This document shows positions 56,416-64,000 of a stretch of DNA of 64,000 bases, piece after piece; within the stretch, counting starts at the first letter, position 1, and every line of letters begins with the position of its first letter. The translations under genes were made by a program, and so were the position numbers. The notes under the pieces are model-generated. The model searched no databases, was not told the origin of the DNA, and saw nothing but the letters and a program-made list of their open reading frames with translations. Source of the DNA: Eledone cirrhosa (taxonomy: Eukaryota); the NCBI GenBank assembly GCA_964016885.1, contig OZ024743.1:41788001-41852000 (forward strand), written 5' to 3'.

Positions 56416-59400
56416 TCTACCAGACGTGTGTAACTTCGCGGAGAAGTTTCCGTTAACTTATGTAAAAAAAAAAACGTGAGTTTTGAGTTAAATTTTATAT
56501 TAGTGTGTAACTTGAAACCCCGTCTGAACTTTCAGGTGGTGGGTCAACTCATTTTCGCCCCCACAGGGGCGAAATGTTGGTTTCAAAATGTTTTTCTCCA
56601 TCGAAATTTGGGAAAAATATCGTAAGAAGTTTGATTATTTTTATGAACGCTGCGTTCGACGATAATGGCGGTGGAGAGTCGGTAAGACTACATAGCTCGC
56701 AGTCAACATCTTCTTCTTCCCTTTCCTTCTCCATAGATACTGAGATGGAAAGACGAAATGAAATTGTAAAAACAAATTCATATCCAAACAACACAAATGA
56801 CACCAAACAGTACAATAACAACAAAAATAACAACAACAACACCAATAATGATGATAAAAACAACAATGACAACAACAACAAAGAGAAAAATAAAGACAAC
56901 ACCAATCATACCAGCATCAAAGACAACAACAATACCAACACCAACACCAAGGAAAATACGAATAATATCAACATCTGTGACAACAAGAATAACAACAACA
57001 ATAACAACAATAATGACAATACCACCAACACGGATAATTCCACAAAGAAACCGAAAAATCCTTTGCACAGACAGTTCAGAAAAAGGAGGAACTGACATAT
57101 CTCGACATAACAAATGCCGAACAACTTTTAAAGGACGCTAGGTGATATGTCACTTTCGAAAAAAATGGTGCTTTCAGTATCAATTCTCCGGTAGAAAATC
57201 GCAAGGAAACTTCTCAAAACGATAGTTTTTAGGACAGTTTCCAAGTCTACCCGAAAACCAGTCCAATTGTAAACAGAAAGAAATTGAACTGGTTTTCAAA
57301 AATTCAATGAATGATATTCCATTCATTCAAAGAAGCAAACTCTTTGGGAGTATTTTGGTACTCATGAAGGATCAATTGACGGTCCAAAATTACTCTGTGG
57401 CGCCAATTGTATCCAACCTGTATAGATTTTTCCCTACATACATGGGAAAAAGGACACAAAAGATTAGAATCACGAGTGTCACACCAAAGGTAAACATATG
57501 GTGGATACTGTGCTGCTTCATCAATTTTGATGAAGACAGAATACTGTCAGTAGGAAAGTCCCCCAGAGATGTATTTAATGGGACTAGCGTTAAATTTCTG
57601 GTGCAAATAAGCCTAGAGCGAATAGCTATGATCCCACGACGTGTACTCCTGGACGGACTCACCTACATACACTTTTCGGTTGATGGAAGACGGCCTTCAT
57701 GCTACCACTGCTTTAGCGGGGGTCAGTTGAGGGCTTCCTGTCCTAAATTAATGAGTAAAAAAAAAACTCTTCTGCCGACACCCATCAAAATGACACAACC
57801 ACTAAGACCACCACAACAACAACAACACCAACACCAACACACAAAAATAACCACAACAAACACAGTCACACCCAACCCCACTCCACCTAAAACCACATGC
57901 ATACACAACAGCTCCCCAAGACATACCACTCCCCAATCACACAGACTATACAACAGATGAGTCTATCTCGCACTCACTCAGTAAAGACGAGAGAGAACCC
58001 CATCGCTCGAAAAGAAAGAAAAGACATCACAAAAGCAAAAAAAAACAGCAAACATAACCACAACATACAACCACCAACACAAACAACAAAAACATGACAA
58101 ACAAAACGCACACCTCCTGAAAACAAAATACCTACAACAAAACGAAAGCACACGCAAGAACTACAGACAAAAACAAACACAACACAAGAAAATTACACTT
58201 ACACTTACATAAACACTGAAAACCGTAGGGAAAACTTTCGCCCACTTTATTAAAAATAACAAAAAACTGAACCTAAAACTGATTAGTGTCGCTATACATA
58301 CTTATAGGTCCCTAAAAGAAACATTTGAAAAGGATGTGGGGAATTCTTGCGTGAAACCACTTACCGCGTCCTTCTCAAATGTCTCCCCACCACAGACACC
58401 CCCATCCCACCAGACCCCACCCCACCAAACTTCTCCGTCCCCACCCCGCCAGAAACCACCACCCACCCAGACAAACTCTCCAACACCCCCATGAAAATCG
58501 TGCGGCCTGGTCCCTAGGAGACGAAGGGTGAGTGATTTATTTTCCTCTTTTAACTTTTCAGCACCAACGTGGCTAATATAAGAGTTGGATGTGTGAACGT
58601 ACGCGGCCTGGGGATGCCCTGGAAACAGGGCAAACTCTTGAACGACCTCGGGTCGCACAGTATGGCTGTAGTAGCCTTTTACGAGTCCAGGATGCACAGC
58701 GATCGACAGATATCCCCATCTTCGATGACTTTGAGATCTACGCATCTCTCTGTGGGCCGGGGGTTGGGGGCGGGGTTGCCGTTTTGCTGTGAATATACCT
58801 GGGCCTCGTAACACAGACGGTACATCTGGACCCGGAGGGTGGACTGGTGGTCCTAGACGTTGACGATAGTGAAGGTGGAGCCTTCAGGCTGGTGGCTGCA
58901 ATTACAACATCCGGGACACCGCGGCCAGACTTCTTCAAACGTCTAGAGACTTTTCTGGGAACGTCCCACTCCTTGCTTTTAGTGGGGAACTGGAATGGAA
59001 TCCTAGATGCACGTTGGCGTAGAGGAAGATGAACTGGCCAGTCTGTTCGGTAGGACCTTCCGCCCGGGACCGATTGACAACTTCCAAAGGTCCCTGGCCT
59101 GGCAGTGCTACCGAGGAGCTCTACCAGTTGGAGATAAGCTCTACAGACATGGGCGCCCGGGTAGGGACCCTGCAAAAAAGATCTGTCCGAGGTGCGTGCG
59201 AGACGTAGAAACCGTCGCGCATGCATTCATAGACGACCCGGGCGTATCCGACCTGTGGGGCTATGTAGAACCACTACTGTCGCAGGTGGGACCAATCCGG
59301 TTGACCAGCGAGTCCATTGTCATGATCAAACCGCCACTCTCCTTCATAAACGAAGGAGAGGCGGTTTTCCTTTGTGTGATAGCTATGGCGAAAGAGGTTG

Positions 59401-59832
59401 TATGGTGGACAATGTTGAAAGGGCTGAGGTCAGACACCTTTCTCTCCGGCCAACAACTGATTCTTTTTTTCAAAAACCACTTTGGAAGAAGAATCATTAT
59501 GGAGAGAGAGTTGCTGTAGCCCAGCAAGTTTTATGAAAGTGGCGAGAATGGCCCGAGTGAATGGGCTCTCTCTATATATCAGCCTGTAGAATGAGGAAAA
59601 GGAGGAGGAGAGGAAAGGAGTACAAACTCTTCGTACTCCTGGAGTTGAGGGTTGCACATGTTTTCGGGGGTATGTGTTACCCATATGAACGGTCTCCCCT
59701 ATTGGGGAAAATCGACTAACTTTTTAAATTGCATTTGTGATAACATTTTACACGTTTTTATTGTATGTAAACTTCCCCCTTTGTATTTGTCCCCTTCTTT
59801 TGTGCCCCTGTGGCTAATAAAGAAACATATCT
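56416..59832 (+). mobile_element. Tx1-like LINE unit 3: same layout as unit 2 with a slightly larger EN-RT deletion
   Basis: ORF1 pieces lie at 56643-57095 and 57307-57960, APE start at 58569, and the junction at ~59016. The unit ends in ATATCTATATATCTATCT. Confidence 0.92.
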
Positions 59833-59930
59833 ATATATCTATCTATATATATATATATATATATACATATAGCGGATCTTCAGCTCGTATATATATATAG
59901 AGAGAGAGAAAGATAGATAGATAGTTAGAT

Positions 59931-60013
59931 AGATATGTTTCTTTATTAGCCACAGGAGCACAAAAGAAGGGGACAAATACAAAGTGGGAAGTTTACATAC
60001 AATAAAAACGTGT
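59931..60013 (-). mobile_element. Inverted Tx1-like 3' terminal fragment, again joined to (TATC)n
   Basis: Reverse complement of ~59750-59832, preceded on the plus strand by (GATA)n. Confidence 0.9.
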
Positions 60014-60650
60014 TTACTAACACACCGAGCATTATAATAAACGTTCGGTGAATCCATACGTACATATATATATATATGTGTATGCATGTATGTATATATA
60101 TATATACATACTACTGTACGTCTCTATACATAAATGTATGTACGTATACATACTTATATTTAAGTAACAGCCGTACTAAGAGTGAGAAATGCAATTTCGT
60201 TTCATTTTTTCCGTTTATCGTTTTAAGTACCCCGGCCGATTAATTCACTCGATAAGCAAATTAGGCTGCTCAGCCGTTAATATGCATAAGGAAAGTATAT
60301 ACTTTCAGACGTTCAATCATCTGGCAGGATGGTATACGTTGCTGACGATAGCTAATAAGCTTGGGACTAGTACAGCGTTCCTTTGTCACTGTTGAACAAA
60401 TGAGTAACGACGGCTGCTAGACACTGCACGGCTTGATTCAGGATGTTTGTTTACAAACACACCGAGCATTATAATAAATGTTCGTTGAATCCATACGTAC
60501 ATATATATATGTGTGCATGTATGTATATATATATACATGCTACTGTACCTCTGTATACATATATGTATGGACGTATACATACTTATATTTAAGTAACAGC
60601 CGTACTAAGAGTGAGAAATGAAATTTCGTTTCATTTTTCCGTTTATATAT
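60010..60650 (+). mobile_element. Partially tandem PLE pLTR-like element with degenerate HHR at 60336-60378
   Basis: 60010-60217 is repeated at ~60450-60646. Same family as 5546-6140. Confidence 0.75.
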
Positions 60651-61213
60651 ATACATATATATAAACTTATCTATCTATATAACTACTATCTATCTCTCTT
60701 TCTCTCTCTCTATATATATATATAGTTTTAATATAGATGAGATTCTACAGGACTAGAACTGTTTCATTCTTCAGAAAGTATTGAGTACCTTACTTACTGT
60801 GGTTACCTCCGATTCAACTCGGAATATCGTATATATATATATATTTATATAATATATATATATTTATATATATATCCATATCTATCTATCAACATATCGA
60901 TCTCTCTATATATATATCTACCTAGATAGGGAGTTCATGCCTCATCTGTTGATTTTCATTTCAAATTATTATAAACTTCCAGTTGGTTAATTCATAACCG
61001 GATGGTTGATTATTCATTCATTATCGAAGTTCTTTCGTCGTACATTCCAGATATATATTTATATATATATATTTATTGAAATAACAGATTAAACTTTAAG
61101 CAAAAATAAAATTTTGCTTTACGTTTCTTATATATTTCATATATATTTATCCTTATCGAGCCCTCTTTGGATTTTATTCTTCAAATTTTTATTATTAATA
61201 TATATATATATAT

Positions 61214-61406
61214 ATGAGAAAATGTTTAAACTCAACGGCAGAGCTCAAGCCGTTTCCACGGAGATTTCTGTCCAGAAATAGCCGTCGAAACGGCTTGAGC
61301 TCTGCCGTCGGATTTAAACATTTGCCTATTACCCACTCTACTACCCTAATATTGAGTACTAAGGTGCGTTATGGTCCATCTGATTCCTTACCACACTTCA
61401 TTCGTT
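61214..61406 (+). mobile_element. Snap-back pLTR fragment: 104 bp hairpin (61220-61323) containing the 3' half of an HHR
   Basis: CCGTC-GAA-ACGGC(TTGAGCTCT)GCCGT-C^ at 61282-61309 is mirrored on the left, with the axis at ~61270. Confidence 0.75.
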
Positions 61407-61478
61407 ATATATATATATATATATATCAGGAAAGAAGAGTGACACAGTGTGCTATACAATAAGGACTTTAATAACATT

Positions 61479-61584
61479 GCTGACAATTGTTTCTCCGAGC
61501 TGGTAGGTCTAGAGATCGCTACCCGCCTGTTTCTGCGTCAATCGAACGCCAATACATAGTTATAACCAGTCAATTCATCAGAGC
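61479..61584 (-). ncRNA. Hammerhead-like motif with very long stem II
   Basis: GCT-CTGATGA-ATTGACTGGT...ACCAGCTCGGA-GAA-ACAATTGT-C^AGC, then ATTAAA and (TA)n. Stem I is only 3 bp. Confidence 0.5.
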
Positions 61585-62149
61585 TTGCGAGAATGAAGGG
61601 AATACACAGGCATGGCTTCTATATATAGTAGTGGCATTACATCGGGACAATAATAACAATACTAACAATGCTAGCAAAACATTAGTTGAAATAATCACAA
61701 CACCAATCTAAATAAGACATAGAGTATACTTATGACTTTAGCATGTAAAACGAGCTGATATGAGGCAGATGTATGAAATTGACATGTACAATCTGTCATG
61801 GGCTCTATTATATATAGTGTAGAGATAAGCCGGGTCTTGAAACAATGTACCATTTCCTTTTCCGTAGGTTTGCTGAATGTAAGAATTATTTATTATCTGA
61901 TAGATAAAATATTTTAATTGTAGTGAGGATAGTAATTTTTATATGCTGTAAAGCGGATGATTCATTATTTAAGTGGTCTAAATTAGATGATGGGATTGTT
62001 ATTTCGAATCATGGGGTGGTTTAGCTTTCACATCATCAATAACATGCATGTATAAGATAACACCAACAGAGTATCAATATAATAGTTAAGTTAATACAGA
62101 GGTTAAGTAAGCAATATATATATATAGAGAGAGAAAAACATGCTGACTA

Positions 62150-63450
62150 CAATTATAACAACAGTGCCTGTTGATGTTCTGCTGCTGCGTTCTTGTATGC
62201 GATGGCGGTTGTGATACTGTGATGCGTTTATCTTTAGAATTTGCTGCTATGTTGCGCATTGGTGGGGAGGTTTCCGTAGAGGTATTTCTGTGGTTGATCT
62301 TGCGTGTGTGGTATCCTATATTTTCAGCCGTAGATTATGAGAGTTTTATAGTTTTTCTATTGCGGATTTTATTATATCTATGTGATATAGGGAAGTGTTT
62401 ATCTATTAGTTTAAAGAATGTAGAAGGCAGTCTAGTTTTTACAGAGGAGTTGAAGATTGGATTGAACTACAGGTTTTTTTCTTTCTCTAATTTTCTATAT
62501 TTTCCAGAGTTTACATTGTTGGTGTTTGGACCACTTACTCTAGGTGCTACGTGCCTAATGCTATGTCTAGTCTTCTACCTCTATGTTTGTGTGAGCGGTT
62601 GATGTCAGTGTTAGTAGGTTTGTTTGGGTTTTCCTTATCCGTTATAAACTACAGCTTTTCTTTGTAAGCGGGATATTCTAAGGGATATACTACGTGCTAT
62701 GGATCTGATTATGGATCTGGGGTGGTTTGAATTATAACTAATATAGGCCAGATTTTCATTATTTTTGTGGAAGGCCTCTATTAATGCCGTATTTAGATTT
62801 AAAGTCACATCTTAAAGTTTGCCTTTTTATGATTCAGTTCGTAGGTAATACTTAGGCTTACTTTTTTGAAGAATGTTCTAATGTTTTTTTCTTAATCTTT
62901 CCATGCTCTGGTTATTTAAGTTCCTAGCTATAAGGAGCGTGTCATCTCTATAAATCCCTCTTTAGAGGTTACTGAAATTCTTTATGTAGGTTGTGTGCTA
63001 TAAATAACCCCACGGCGTCAGTGATTTGCGCTGAGTCGTTCGATCCCATTGTGATATCGAGGCTGTTTATCCTATCTTTTCTTACCCAATAGCTATTTTC
63101 AAATGTTATGATAGTCCTTCTAGCCGCTATTATTATTTCAATTTAATCAGAGGTATGATCGGAGTTATTTTGTGCAAATATAAGCGCTTTATCTAGGGTG
63201 GCTGGGGATATGGACGCGTAGTAATTGTTTATATCGAATTGTATGACGTTACATGTTTCTCTATTTCTTATTTTATTGAACCATTCTATCGCTTCGTCAG
63301 TGTTAAACCATAAATTGATTTCTAGTTTTCCCTTTATTTGTGCGATTACCCTATCTAGAATATTCTTGCTAATTTTACCTATATACGACTTAGATGGGCA
63401 TATTAATCTGATAGTAGGATTTGTTTCAAAATTAATTTTGTGATCCTTGT
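62150..63450 (-). pseudogene. Penelope-like RT and thumb remnant (probably Naiad-type)
   Basis: KDHKINFETNPTIRLICPSKSYIGKISKNILD, QFDINNYYASI, DITMGSNDSAQITD, GIYRDD, SNHPRSII, FNPIFNSSVKT...LIDKHFP. Confidence 0.9.
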
Positions 63451-63519
63451 GGACCTTAACACATACAATAATTTCATTCAGGGTGAACTGCACAAAAAAT
63501 CCCCCAAAACAAGTGAATC

Positions 63520-64000
63520 CACACTCACCAGCATTAACGTGTAGGGCCTTAGGATAGTAAATAAACTCGGAATATCCGATAGAACCGAGACATTAACCCC
63601 ATGCAACCCCACATTTGACCTTAAGGATCACAAACATCATTTTGAAACAAATACTACTATCAGATTAATATGCCCATCTAAATCGGATATAGGTAACATT
63701 AGCAAGAATATTCTAGATAGGGTAATCGCACAAATAAAGGGAAAACTGGAAATCAATTTATGGGGTAATACTAACGAGGCGATAAAATGGTTAAATAAAA
63801 TAAGAAATAGAGTGACATGTAGCGTCATACAATTCGATATAAACGATTTCTACGCGTCCATATCCCCAGCCACCCTAGATAAATCGCTTATATTTGCCCA
63901 AAATAACTCCGATCTTACCCCTGATGAAATTTAAATAATAATAGCGGCTAGAAGGACTATCGTATCATTTGAAAATAGCTACTGGGTAAGAGAATATAGG
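63520..64000 (+). pseudogene. Second, inverted copy of the same PLE RT (runs off the window)
   Basis: LTLKDHKHHFETNTTIRLICPSKSDIGNISKNILDR...QFDINDFYASISP. It is a diverged reverse complement of ~63075-63450. Confidence 0.9.

Noticed and set aside
60745-60774. Apparent stem II-less 'minizyme' CTGAAGA-AT-GAAACAG on the minus strand
   Set aside because: Comparison with 24216-24254 shows TTCT-GA-AGAAT is the stem II hairpin itself. The true CUGAUGA was lost at the inversion.
62150-64000. Selenocysteine-recoding Naiad element
   Set aside because: The interrupting stops I checked are TAA and differ between copies, alongside frameshifts. This is ordinary decay.

Overview
This is AT-rich, microsatellite-dense eukaryotic DNA, and I found no host gene I can support with confidence. 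The tRNA-head SINEs and the (TA)n/(CA)n load suggest a cephalopod (octopus-like) genome, which is an inference. Almost everything recognisable is transposon-derived: (1) the 3' end and LTR of a Ty3/Gypsy element (1-1909); (2) two decayed Penelope-like (PLE) reverse transcriptases; (3) RTE-type and R4/Dong-type LINE remnants; (4) a Helentron-type non-autonomous element; (5) more than 12 SINE copies; (6) a ~11 kb head-to-tail array of internally deleted Tx1/L1-clade LINEs anchored in (TATC)n (49008-60013). The signal the ORF track misses is RNA structure. Type I hammerhead ribozyme (HHR) motifs from several sequence-unrelated repeat families occur here. Three are intact by hand-folding (18082-18162, 18752-18816, 22193-22245, all minus strand) and about ten more are partial or degenerate. 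They sit in direct and inverted repeat cassettes, including a 545-nt terminally redundant, retrozyme-like unit. Several inversion junctions fall inside the ribozyme hairpins. All alignment and folding was done by eye, so element boundaries are approximate unless a junction is quoted.
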